This document shows positions 52,474 through 61,703 of a stretch of DNA of 64,000 bases, one piece after another; the stretch's first letter is position 1; every line of letters begins with the position of its first letter. Source of the DNA: Candidatus Omnitrophota bacterium. Its GTDB lineage: Bacteria; Omnitrophota; Gorgyraeia; Gorgyraeales; Gorgyraeaceae. The notes beneath the pieces were generated by a model, which was given only the letters and a program-made list of their open reading frames with translations, was not told the origin of the DNA and did not search any database. The stretch covers positions 2,433 to 66,432 of the forward strand of contig JBAZOA010000001.1 of the NCBI GenBank assembly GCA_041648935.1, given 5' to 3'. The position numbers and the translations under genes were made by a program.

Positions 52474-54293
52474 GATCTTATTCTCTCCAATCCCATTACC
52501 GCGTATTCCGCCTCACGTAACGTCCTGGTCATGTCTTCTTTGGTAAATTTTACCGAAGCGAATCTCGCCATGTCGCAGACATCGAACAGGTCTTTTACTT
52601 TATCTATCACCGCTTTATCCACGCCCCTCTTTATCAATTTTTCCTCGAGGGCGTCTTTCGTGATAGACGCGTGCGGGATGTTCAATTTGTCGCCTATGTA
52701 CTCGATCACGGCTTTATATATCTCGGCGTAAAAATCCTTCACGAGCTCCTTCCGCAGGAGGTTTTCCGCGCGTTTCAATCTTTTTGACGCCGCGCCGCGC
52801 GCGCGTATCGAACGCGCGTATCCCATGTCAGTCCTTACGCGCGCCCTATGCAGTTCATACGCGTAAAGCGACGCTAAAATAAGGATAAGCGCGAGATTCA
52901 AAGACAAGAATATCTTATTTCTATACAAGAATGCCCCCTTGGGCCTGAACCTCGGGGGCGAAGTTTTTATATAGGCGATGTCTTTCTTCAGTATCTCCAC
53001 CTCTTCCTTCGTAAACCCGGGCAACCGGGTCTCAACGCGTTCCTCCGTTGACTTTGTCGCGGTTATCGTTATCGGGGAAAGCCGCTTGTTGACATATTCT
53101 TTTGATTCGACATCGAAATAATTGTACTCCAGCGGCCCTATCGTGAAAGTACCCGGCCTTTTCGGTATGATCACCTTCTCAAAGATCTTCTCTCCCTGCA
53201 CCGTGTAATTTGATTTGGAAATATTCTCGGAACTTGCCGAATCGTATATCTTCGCGTCCGCGATCTCCGGTATCGCGGGCGCGGATATCGTCTTTATATT
53301 CCCCTTCCCGCTGATCTTCATCCTCAACGTAACCGGCTGATTCTCCTCAACCGCGGTCTTATCCACGTTTACGGATACCTCGAGCTTGCCGACATCGCCT
53401 TTAAAATTAACGGGTTTATTTTCTTCGGGCAGCGGTATTATCTCCACGGTTATGGGATCCGTTGTAAGCACTATGGGCTTACCCCTCCTGAACATGCTGA
53501 AAGGATCGTTGTCAAATATACCGAACGGGCTTCTTGAAAACATCCTTTCCAGGTCCTCAACGCTTGCCTCCAGCCGCGCGGGGCCTATCGTAAATTCTCC
53601 ATGGGAGGTGCCGAACAGGGCTGTCTTGATCTCCGTCACGAGATATCTTCTGCCGTTTATGACCTTATAATATTTTTTCTGGGGAGGCATGTCCTCTGTC
53701 CAGAACCCCGTGGTGGAAGGCGCGCTATACACCGGATTCTCAAACAGGTCCACTGATTGATAAAAAGCGAAGGTCAGGGTTATCTGCTCATTCACGTACG
53801 CCCTGAGTTTATCCACGTATGTCTCTATGAAAAGTTCCTTGCCTTGCTGTCTGGCGTCAATCCCATGATCCGGCTCTTGAGGCTCCTGCGCCGGGAGCGG
53901 CGTGGACTGAGAACCGCCTTTTGGCAGCACCTTTATTATTATGGGGTCCGATGAATATGTCCGGCCTTTATAGTCTATGGTAAAAGGACCCAGCGCGAAA
54001 TCCCCTGTTTCGTTCGGGACCAGCATGTAGGTAAAAGATACGGAGCTTGAAACCTGCCCGTTAATTATAGAAATATTCTGAGACCTGCCGCTTGAATAAG
54101 AAGTAAAGCCTTTCAAATCCGGAATGGAAGGCTGCGGGATGTTAGAGACATTGCCGGTGACTGTTATGACCAGGGCCACCTGCTCGTCCAGGAAAATCTC
54201 ATTTTTATCCGCCTCAGCGGTAATAAAAATATCCTCGGCGTAAGATACGCTGGATATAAAAAATAATAAAATTATAAATATGAATTTTTTCAT
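52470..54293 (-). CDS. batD: BatD-like oxygen-tolerance family protein
   Basis: 607 aa with signal peptide, large periplasmic beta-rich region and C-terminal TM; position within the bat operon. Confidence 0.6.
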   Translation of the reverse strand: MKKFIFIILLFFISSVSYAEDIFITAEADKNEIFLDEQVALVITVTGNVSNIPQPSIPDLKGFTSYSSGRSQNISIINGQVSSSVSFTYMLVPNETGDFALGPFTIDYKGRTYSSDPIIIKVLPKGGSQSTPLPAQEPQEPDHGIDARQQGKELFIETYVDKLRAYVNEQITLTFAFYQSVDLFENPVYSAPSTTGFWTEDMPPQKKYYKVINGRRYLVTEIKTALFGTSHGEFTIGPARLEASVEDLERMFSRSPFGIFDNDPFSMFRRGKPIVLTTDPITVEIIPLPEENKPVNFKGDVGKLEVSVNVDKTAVEENQPVTLRMKISGKGNIKTISAPAIPEIADAKIYDSASSENISKSNYTVQGEKIFEKVIIPKRPGTFTIGPLEYNYFDVESKEYVNKRLSPITITATKSTEERVETRLPGFTKEEVEILKKDIAYIKTSPPRFRPKGAFLYRNKIFLSLNLALILILASLYAYELHRARVRTDMGYARSIRARGAASKRLKRAENLLRKELVKDFYAEIYKAVIEYIGDKLNIPHASITKDALEEKLIKRGVDKAVIDKVKDLFDVCDMARFASVKFTKEDMTRTLREAEYAVMGLERIRS

Positions 54294-54338
54294 CGCGCTA
54301 CTTGTGACTTTGTGTCCTTGTGTCTTGGTGACCTTTTA

Positions 54339-55082
54339 TCACCAATCCTTCTCCACCCTGTATCCCCCATCCCCCTGTCTCTCCCTGAGCTCTTTCTGCA
54401 AATCTCTCTCATCATCTTTCATGGCGTCCAAAAGCCTCATCGCGTCCTCTTTTGACATCTCGCCTTTTTTATCCTCCTGGCCAGCGGCCTCCTCATCCTC
54501 TTTTTGTTCTCCCGCTTTCTTATCTTCCTCGGCCCGCGCCTCTTTATTTTTTTCCTTTTCTTCGGCCTGTTCTCGCTCTTCCCCCGCGCCTTCTTCCTCT
54601 TCCGATTCCAGCGCCTGCCGCTGGTCCTGTCCTTCTTTTTCCAAATTCTCCTTTATCTTTTTCCTCACAAATTCTATGTTGTATTTAGCGTCCTCGTCAT
54701 CGGGATTTATATCCAGGCATTTCTTGTAGGCGTCTATGGCCTCGGGCAGCTTGCCCATCCTGTAATAGTTATTTCCAATATTATAATACGCCTTGGCCTG
54801 AAGCGCAGTATCTTTTGTGTCCAGCGTCTTCTCGTACTCATTAAGGGCATCCTCGTGTTTCTTCTGCTCGTAAAGCCCGTTCCCTATATTATAATGCAGT
54901 TCCTTTTTATCCGGGCTCTCGATCTGGGCATCGCGCCATTTTGAAAGGGCCTCGTCAACCTTGCCTTCCTTGTATAATTTATTCCCCTGATTGTTCTTTG
55001 CCGCGAGAGAATCCCAAAATCCCCACCCCGGCACAGAGACATAAAATAAAACCATTAGAAATATCCTGACGGCCAGATTCAT
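54339..55082 (-). CDS. batC: BatC-like TPR protein with acidic C-terminal tail
   Basis: TPR repeats followed by an E/K-rich tail. Start set at MNLAVRIF, overlapping the batB stop by ATGA. Confidence 0.6.
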   Translation of the reverse strand: MNLAVRIFLMVLFYVSVPGWGFWDSLAAKNNQGNKLYKEGKVDEALSKWRDAQIESPDKKELHYNIGNGLYEQKKHEDALNEYEKTLDTKDTALQAKAYYNIGNNYYRMGKLPEAIDAYKKCLDINPDDEDAKYNIEFVRKKIKENLEKEGQDQRQALESEEEEGAGEEREQAEEKEKNKEARAEEDKKAGEQKEDEEAAGQEDKKGEMSKEDAMRLLDAMKDDERDLQKELRERQGDGGYRVEKDW

Positions 55083-56080
55083 TTTTTTCTCCTGTCGCCG
55101 ATCGCGAATTCCGCGCATAATAGTATAAACGCTATCCCGAGAAAATACTGAAACCTGTCCTCAAACTGAGCGAACAGCCTGTTGGATAACTCTTTCTTCT
55201 CCATCCCGCTGATCTCATCGTAAATCCTGTCCAGCTCAAATTCGCCGGCCGTGGCGTGATAATACTTCCCATCTGTCAACAGGGCGATCTTCTGCAGCGC
55301 CGTCTCGTCCAATCTTGTCATGACTATATCGCCGTTTTTGTCTTTCTTGTATCCCGTGACCTTGCCGGCCCCATCTATTACAGGTATGGGCTCTCCCTTG
55401 GAGGTGCCTATGCCTATGGCATAGATTATTACTCCCTCTTTCTTTGCCTCCTGGGCCGCGGCCACAGGATCTGTCTCATGGTCTTCCCCATCCGTCAAAA
55501 GCACCAGGACCTTGTGTTTTCTCTCTTTCTTGATAAACGATTTGGCCGCCAGGCGTATCGCGTCGCCCACGGCTGTCCCCGGCCTGGGCATCATGCCAGG
55601 CTCTATTATGCTTAAAAACATCTTCACGGCGTTATAATCCAGTGTCAGCGGACACTGGACAAAACTGTCTCCTGAAAAAGTCAATATCCCGATCCTGTCG
55701 CCTTTTAATCTGTCTATTAAAGACGCTACCTCCAGCTTGGCCTTTTCCAATCTGTTGGGTTTTATATCCTGGGCGAGCATGCTTGACGACGTGTCTATGG
55801 CCACCATCATGTCCACGCCGTAACGCTTTGTCATGGTTAGCCGCGTGCCTATCTGCGGTCTTGCCAGCGCCAGGATCAATAAACTGACCGCGATAACAAT
55901 CAGGATCCTCCCGGCCCTTTCCTTGGCCGCGCTCTTGAAAAAAGACAGTCGCTCCATCAGCCTGGGATCCCCGAACGCCTCCATCCTCTTTCTCTTATTC
56001 ATTGACACGAATATGAAAAATACCGCCAAAAGAGGTACTAATATCAAAAGATTCAAATATACCGGCGCGCCCCAATGCAT
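55079..56080 (-). CDS. batB: BatB-like von Willebrand factor A domain membrane protein
   Basis: N-terminal TMs and vWA MIDAS DxSxS (AIDTSSSM). Confidence 0.8.
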   Translation of the reverse strand: MHWGAPVYLNLLILVPLLAVFFIFVSMNKRKRMEAFGDPRLMERLSFFKSAAKERAGRILIVIAVSLLILALARPQIGTRLTMTKRYGVDMMVAIDTSSSMLAQDIKPNRLEKAKLEVASLIDRLKGDRIGILTFSGDSFVQCPLTLDYNAVKMFLSIIEPGMMPRPGTAVGDAIRLAAKSFIKKERKHKVLVLLTDGEDHETDPVAAAQEAKKEGVIIYAIGIGTSKGEPIPVIDGAGKVTGYKKDKNGDIVMTRLDETALQKIALLTDGKYYHATAGEFELDRIYDEISGMEKKELSNRLFAQFEDRFQYFLGIAFILLCAEFAIGDRRKK

Positions 56081-56100
56081 AAATCCACATCCCCGCTTCG

Positions 56101-56140
56101 CTAAGTTGACAAAAGGAGTATTACTCGAGTGTCAACTAAG
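56101..56140. repeat. E1 palindromic intergenic element, copy D (ctaagttgaca-aaaggagtattactcgag-tgtcaactaag)
   Basis: Contains the batA TAG stop in its right arm and lies 20 nt upstream of the batB ATG. Confidence 0.85.
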
Positions 56141-57125
56141 GAATTTTAAGAAACAGCGTGTTCGCCAATATTATCTCCGAAAACAGGATCAAAAATCCCG
56201 GCAGCAGGAAATAACCGGCCAATTCAGTGTAATTCGCGTATTCCTTGGTCTCTATCTTTGTCTTTTCCAGCTGTCCTATGGTTTTATATATCTCTTTCAG
56301 CCCGTCTTTGTCCTTTGCCCTGAAATACAACCCGCCTGTCTGGTCCGCGATCTTCCGCAGAAGCGCCTCGTCTATCTCGGTATCCATGCGCACGTATCTC
56401 TTGCCGAATATGGGGTCTTCCAGGGGATACAGCGCGCCGCCCGGCTGGCCGGCGCCTATGGTATAAATCTTTATCCCCAGCGCCTTTGCCGCGTTCGCGG
56501 CCGTGAGAGGGTCTATCTTGCCCGCGTTATTAACCCCGTCCGTCAATAATATCATGATCTTGCTCTTAGCCGTTGAATCGCGCAGGCGATTGGCGCCCAT
56601 GGCTATGGCCGTGCCTATCGCCGTGCCGTCCTCTATCATGCCTATCTGTATCTTTTCCAGGAGATCCACCAGGACGCCGTAATCGAGCGTGAGCGGGCAC
56701 TGGGTAAAACTGAATCTTGAAAATACCACCAGACCGATCCTGTCGTGTTTTCTGGACTTGATGAAATCCTCCATGACCTCTTTCGCCGCGCCCAGCCTGT
56801 TCTGCGGCTTGAAATCCTCGGCCTTCATGCTGCCTGAGATATCAAGTGTCAGCATTATATCTATGCCTTCGGTGAGGATCTCCTCCTCCTTTTGTCCGGC
56901 CTGCGGACGCGCCAGCGCGAGTATGAGAATAAACAGCGCCGCCATGCGCAATATCATGGGCGCGCGGCGGTATTTCGCGCGGAAACCCGGCCGGACATCC
57001 CTGGCCATGGAAATATCAGAGAATATGATCCCTGTCTCTCTCGCCTTGCGGCGACGGAAATAATCCCAGACCAGCAAAGGGATCATGCCCAATAATATTA
57101 AAAATATGGGATTAGCGAATCGCAA
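56136..57125 (-). CDS. batA: BatA-like vWA domain membrane protein
   Basis: vWA MIDAS LDISGSM and N-terminal TMs. Confidence 0.8.
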   Translation of the reverse strand: MRFANPIFLILLGMIPLLVWDYFRRRKARETGIIFSDISMARDVRPGFRAKYRRAPMILRMAALFILILALARPQAGQKEEEILTEGIDIMLTLDISGSMKAEDFKPQNRLGAAKEVMEDFIKSRKHDRIGLVVFSRFSFTQCPLTLDYGVLVDLLEKIQIGMIEDGTAIGTAIAMGANRLRDSTAKSKIMILLTDGVNNAGKIDPLTAANAAKALGIKIYTIGAGQPGGALYPLEDPIFGKRYVRMDTEIDEALLRKIADQTGGLYFRAKDKDGLKEIYKTIGQLEKTKIETKEYANYTELAGYFLLPGFLILFSEIILANTLFLKIP

Positions 57126-57597
57126 CGATCTCCTCCGCCCGCCTGTATATCTCTTCCGTCTCTGCCCGCGCGGGTATGTACTTCGCGAATTTCACCATGT
57201 CGCAATCCTCAAGAAAATCATTTATCTTGTCGATATGGCCGCGCTCGAACCTCTTCGAACGCATCTCCTGATAAAGCTCCCAGGTCGTCCTGTCCAGGGC
57301 GGATACCCTGAACCTGCCTTCTATGAATTTCCGTATGATATCCGAAAGCCGTATATAATATTCCTTTACCATGCCTTTTTCCGCCAGCTTCTCTTCCAGG
57401 AGGGCCGCCAGCTCTTCCATCGCTATCTCCTCGGGCGGCCTTGGCGGCAAAACCGGCTCATTCTTTTTGGCCATCTTCTTTCTGAAATAGAAAAATGCCG
57501 TCACGGCCGCTATAAATAAAATAAAAATAATAAATACCCACATCAAAAACCAGTCGCTTATCTCCACCGGGCCTTTTAACGGTCTTATGTCATCCAT
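57112..57597 (-). CDS. DUF4381-like membrane protein of the bat operon
   Basis: Single TM helix followed by a charged helical domain; occupies the conserved position between DUF58 and batA. Confidence 0.45.
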   Translation of the reverse strand: MDDIRPLKGPVEISDWFLMWVFIIFILFIAAVTAFFYFRKKMAKKNEPVLPPRPPEEIAMEELAALLEEKLAEKGMVKEYYIRLSDIIRKFIEGRFRVSALDRTTWELYQEMRSKRFERGHIDKINDFLEDCDMVKFAKYIPARAETEEIYRRAEEIVAIR

Positions 57598-57817
57598 TAC
57601 CTATCCCCACTATTTTTTTATTGCTTGTCTCGCCTGAAATAATTTTAATTTGATTTCTTGGCACGCCGAACTCTTCTGAAAGAAGCTCAATAACTTTTTC
57701 GTTTGCCCTGCCTTTCTCAGGCGGGGCCGAAACCTTGATCCTGTAATTATTTTCGCCCAGCTTTTGTATTTCTTCTTTTTTGGCGCGCGTGATTACCTTG
57801 ATTTCTATCTTCTTCAT
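57590..57817 (-). CDS. DUF167 (YggU) family protein
   Basis: SAPPEKGRANEKVIELL and ISGETSNKKIV match the DUF167 motifs. Confidence 0.55.
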   Translation of the reverse strand: MKKIEIKVITRAKKEEIQKLGENNYRIKVSAPPEKGRANEKVIELLSEEFGVPRNQIKIISGETSNKKIVGIGNG

Positions 57818-57823
57818 GCCTTT

Positions 57824-58702
57824 TTACCTGTGTCTCCTGGCGCGGGTCTTGAAAAAGCGTATCAGGGGCCCTGTGTAAGACCTGTCCGTGGATATCTCCA
57901 CGAGGTCCACCGCCATTGATCGAAGCGCCCTGTCGCGGCCCTCCGTGAAACGCGCCCTTCTTTTTCCAAATTCCTTTTTTAAAAAATCATCTCCCGTGTC
58001 TAAGAATAAAATCTCGCCTGTCTCCCCGTCCTCAAGCCCCACGAGCCCCGCGTCAGGCAGGTTCGATTCCCTGGGATCGGATATCGAGATAGCGGCGATA
58101 TCGTGCCGCTTGTTCAGTATCCTCAGGAGCCGCTCGTAACCGGAATCCATGAAATCCGATATCAGGAAGACCACCGCCTTCTTTTTCAACACCTTGCCCA
58201 GATACTCCAGCGCCGTCCTCACGCTCGTCTTTTTCGAAGAGGGCCTGAAATACAGAAGCTCCCTTATTACCCTCAGCACGTGAAGCCTGCCTTTTTTCGG
58301 GGGGATGTACTTTTCCACGCGGTCGGTGAAAAGCAGGAGCCCTACCTTGTCGTTGTTCTTTATGGCGCTGAACGCGATTATGGCGGCCAGCTCCGCCGCT
58401 ATCTCCGATTTCATCTTATTCCTGGTACCGAAATAACCGGAACCGCTCATGTCAGCCATCAATATTACCGTGAGCTCTCTCTCTTCGATGAATTTCTTGA
58501 CGTAAGGATGGCCGGCCCTGGCGGTGACATTCCAGTCGATGGAACGGATGTCGTCCCCGGGCACGTACTCGCGGACCTCATGGAATTCCATGCCCCTGCC
58601 CTTAAAGATAGACTCGTACTCTCCGGCAAAGACATCGTTCACGAGCCTGCCGGCGCGTATCTCGATCTGCCTGACTTTTTTAAGTATGTCCTTTGGGATC
58701 AT
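57824..58702 (-). CDS. DUF58 domain protein (vWA-like, MoxR partner)
   Basis: FKGRGMEFHEVREYVPGDDIRSIDW is the DUF58 signature. Confidence 0.8.
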   Translation of the reverse strand: MIPKDILKKVRQIEIRAGRLVNDVFAGEYESIFKGRGMEFHEVREYVPGDDIRSIDWNVTARAGHPYVKKFIEERELTVILMADMSGSGYFGTRNKMKSEIAAELAAIIAFSAIKNNDKVGLLLFTDRVEKYIPPKKGRLHVLRVIRELLYFRPSSKKTSVRTALEYLGKVLKKKAVVFLISDFMDSGYERLLRILNKRHDIAAISISDPRESNLPDAGLVGLEDGETGEILFLDTGDDFLKKEFGKRRARFTEGRDRALRSMAVDLVEISTDRSYTGPLIRFFKTRARRHR

Positions 58703-59709
58703 TACGGAACTTCTATTTCGTCAAATACCTTTTTTACAATGTCCTCGCTTGTCATCTCCTCGGCCTCCGCCTCGTAAGTAACAATCACGCGATGCCGCAA
58801 TACGTCCATGCCTATCGCCTTTATGTCCTCGGGGGTCACGTAACCCCTGCCCCGGACAAAGGCGTGCGCCTTGCTGGCTATATTAAGGTATATGGAAGCC
58901 CTTGGAGACGCCCCGTAAGCGATAAAATTCTTGATATCCAAATTGTATTCCTCGGGAGTCCTGGTGGCGTATATCAAATTCACTATGTAATCCTTTATCT
59001 TATCATCCATGTAGATCTCACCCACGACCTTCCTCGCCTTCATTATGTCTTCCGGGGAAATCACGGGCCTCACCTCAGCGGGCTCGTGGCCGGCCATGCG
59101 CTCCATGATCTCCTTTTCCTCTTTCTTGTCGGGATATCCTATCTTTATCTTGAGCATGAACCTATCAACCTGCGCCTCGGGCAAAGGATACGTGCCTTCC
59201 TGCTCTATGGGATTCTGGGTCGCCAATACCAAAAACGGCTCCGCCAGCGGATACGTGTTGTCCCCTATGGTAACCTGGCGTTCCTGCATCGCCTCTAAAA
59301 GCGCGCTCTGCACCTTCGCGGGGGCCCTGTTGATCTCATCGGCCAATATCAAATTTGAGAATATCGGGCCTTTTTTCGTGGTAAATACGCAGTCTTTTGG
59401 ATTGTAAACAAGGGTGCCCACCAGGTCAGCGGGCAGCAGATCGGGCGTGAACTGTATCCTTTGAAATTTTGTCTGGACGCATCTTGAAAGCGTCTTCACG
59501 GCGAGCGTCTTCGCCAGGCCGGGCACGCCTTCTATCAATATGTGCCCGTTCGCCAGCAGCGCTATCAAGAGCCTGTCGACAAGATAACGCTGGCCGACTA
59601 TAACCTTTCCCAATTCCTGAGAGATCTGCTGGATGAATAAGCTCGCATCCTTGACCTTTTCGTTTATCTCCCTTATGTCCTGTCCGTATTTTGGATTGAA
59701 ATCAGTCAT
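58702..59709 (-). CDS. moxR: MoxR-family AAA+ ATPase
   Basis: GHILIEGVPGLAKT Walker A, sensor motifs, 335 aa. Confidence 0.9.
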   Translation of the reverse strand: MTDFNPKYGQDIREINEKVKDASLFIQQISQELGKVIVGQRYLVDRLLIALLANGHILIEGVPGLAKTLAVKTLSRCVQTKFQRIQFTPDLLPADLVGTLVYNPKDCVFTTKKGPIFSNLILADEINRAPAKVQSALLEAMQERQVTIGDNTYPLAEPFLVLATQNPIEQEGTYPLPEAQVDRFMLKIKIGYPDKKEEKEIMERMAGHEPAEVRPVISPEDIMKARKVVGEIYMDDKIKDYIVNLIYATRTPEEYNLDIKNFIAYGASPRASIYLNIASKAHAFVRGRGYVTPEDIKAIGMDVLRHRVIVTYEAEAEEMTSEDIVKKVFDEIEVP

Positions 59710-59788
59710 ACGCGCCTCCGAATTTTGTGAAACAAAATTCGTCCCGAGCGACCAGCTTTTTACAGCGCTGTCGCGAGGGACCTTTAGT

Positions 59789-60661
59789 TTATATTGTTGT
59801 TATATTCTCCAGCCTCCTTACTCTTTCCTTTATAGGGGGATGCGTGCTGAAAAGCGCGGCCATCCCTCCCCCGCTCAGGGGGTTCACTATGAATAAATGC
59901 GCGGTGGCCTGATTCGCCGCCATGGGATAGGCCTTGGCCCCTCTTTCTAATTTTAAGAGCGCGTCCCTGAGGCCCATCGGCCCGCCCGCTATCAACGCGC
60001 CTCTTTTATCGGCGGCGTATTCCCTTGAGCGGGATATGGCGAGCTGTATGAGCATGGCCGCTATGGGCGCGACTATCATCATGATCAGCAGCCCTATCGC
60101 GTTATTATCCCTGTCCCTGCCTCTTCCTCCCATGCCGCCGAATATCGCCGCCCATCTCGCCATGTTCGCGATCATCGTGATGGCCCCGGCTATGGTAGCC
60201 GCTATCGTCATGATAAGCGTATCCCTGTTTTTTATGTGCGACAGCTCATGGGCTATCACTCCTTTTAATTCCTCGCGGCTCAAAAGACTCAATATGCCCT
60301 GGGTCACGCAAACGGCCGAGTGTTTCGGGTCCCTGCCTGTCGCGAACGCGTTGGGCGACGACTGGGGCGCGATGTATATTTTCGGCATCGGGAGCTTCGC
60401 CGCGGCCGTCAGCCCTTTTACCATATCGTACAGTTCCGGGGACTCGCCGGGATTCACCTCTTTCGCGCCGTACATCATGAGCACTATCCTGTCGCTGAAC
60501 CAATACGCGCCCACGTTCATGACAAGGGCGAACATAAACGCGTATATCGCCCCGTACCGGCCTCCGAAATACCCGCCCGCGAATACCAGGATCGCTGTGA
60601 GACCCGCCAATAATATCGTTGTCTTGAGATAATTCATCGAATGCCTCCGGGTTGGACCCAA
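59789..60661 (-). CDS. htpX: Zinc metalloprotease HtpX (M48 family)
   Basis: [10 protein letters not shown] HExxH motif, 4 TM segments, 290 aa. Confidence 0.85.
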   Translation of the reverse strand: MGPTRRHSMNYLKTTILLAGLTAILVFAGGYFGGRYGAIYAFMFALVMNVGAYWFSDRIVLMMYGAKEVNPGESPELYDMVKGLTAAAKLPMPKIYIAPQSSPNAFATGRDPKHSAVCVTQGILSLLSREELKGVIAHELSHIKNRDTLIMTIAATIAGAITMIANMARWAAIFGGMGGRGRDRDNNAIGLLIMMIVAPIAAMLIQLAISRSREYAADKRGALIAGGPMGLRDALLKLERGAKAYPMAANQATAHLFIVNPLSGGGMAALFSTHPPIKERVRRLENITTI

Positions 60662-60667
60662 ATGAAG

Positions 60668-60691
60668 AAAGCCCTCTAACCGCAGGGCTTT
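60668..60691 (-). terminator. Candidate Rho-independent terminator (AAAGCCCT-ctaaccgc-AGGGCTTT)
   Basis: 8-bp stem followed by UCUUCAUUU on the minus strand, 30 nt downstream of the stop of the small membrane-protein gene. Confidence 0.5.
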
Positions 60692-60720
60692 TCCTCAAGC
60701 ATCACGCGTACTTATCGTGG

Positions 60721-60939
60721 TTACTTTTTATCCGGTGTCTTTGCCTCTTCTTTCTTGGTCTGCATGGAATCTTTTATCTCGCTGATGCCCGCGAAAAGAG
60801 CCGCCAGTCCTCCGAGTCCCAGTATCGGCGGGACAGAACCCTTTAAAAGCGCCACAAACTCAAACCTCCACGCCAGGATCCCCCATATACCAAGAATAAT
60901 GCTTATTAAGCCGCCAAGCACTGTTATGTATTTACCCAT
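60721..60939 (-). CDS. Small two-TM membrane protein (hypothetical)
   Basis: 72 aa with two hydrophobic helices and a Lys-rich C-terminus. Confidence 0.3.
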   Translation of the reverse strand: MGKYITVLGGLISIILGIWGILAWRFEFVALLKGSVPPILGLGGLAALFAGISEIKDSMQTKKEEAKTPDKK

Positions 60940-61016
60940 TTTGATCCCCCTCCTTTTTTCTGTTCAGATATTTATATACCATTTTAAACAAAATTTGTCA
61001 ATACCAAAAAATAACT

Positions 61017-61628
61017 TTACATATGCTTGCCGAGCTCAGCCCAGGTCTTGGGCCCGACCACGCCGTCGGCCACCAGCCCTTTAGCCGCCTGAAAATCCTT
61101 TATGGCCTGCCTGGTCTTCTGCCCCATCTTGCCGTCTATCGGCCCGGGATCGAAACCAGCGTTCTTCAGGGCGGTCTGTATGTCCTTTGTGGTCGGCGTG
61201 AAAGGCTTGGCGTCCGAATAGGTGTCGAGCGCGTCCTTTATGCCCGGGGCCTTTGCCTTCAGCGGCGTCGATGTCTTTGACGCGGCGGCGCGGCTTCTCT
61301 TCGGCTCAAGCGCCTCCCTGGCCCTCCTCAATTCCTCCAGCTGGGTCAGCGTCATGTCATCTATGTAACCCGTACTCCTTATGCCAAGCGATTCCTGGAA
61401 CGCCTTTATGGCGTCACGGGTCTCCTTGCCCATGTCACCGTCAGTATTCCCGGTCTCGTATCCCTCGTTTTTCAATATCACCTGTATCTCTTCTACCTTG
61501 GGATTCACGATATCCGTACTGCCTATCAGGCCCTCTTCCTCTTTTTGATACTGCACTGATTTCGGCACGATATTGCACCCATAGCATAATAACACCGCCA
61601 AAAGAATAACGCCCATTAACCTCTTCAT
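61017..61628 (-). CDS. Lipoprotein with two peptidoglycan-binding (PG_binding_1-like) domains
   Basis: Lipobox LLCYGC; repeated GxxDGxxGxxTRxAIKxFQ motifs appear twice. Confidence 0.6.
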   Translation of the reverse strand: MKRLMGVILLAVLLCYGCNIVPKSVQYQKEEEGLIGSTDIVNPKVEEIQVILKNEGYETGNTDGDMGKETRDAIKAFQESLGIRSTGYIDDMTLTQLEELRRAREALEPKRSRAAASKTSTPLKAKAPGIKDALDTYSDAKPFTPTTKDIQTALKNAGFDPGPIDGKMGQKTRQAIKDFQAAKGLVADGVVGPKTWAELGKHM

Positions 61629-61703
61629 GACCCTTCCTCCTTTTTGCTGTATTATAACAAAAAAGGGATGTAAAGAAAAGAACTTTAATGATAGAATTAT
61701 ACC

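Noticed and set aside
54470-54660. Low-complexity GA/GAA-rich DNA (tcctcctc / ttcttcctc runs) as a simple-sequence repeat
   Set aside because: It is in frame and encodes the acidic E/K-rich C-terminal tail of the BatC-like TPR protein. It is a coding compositional bias, not a non-coding repeat.
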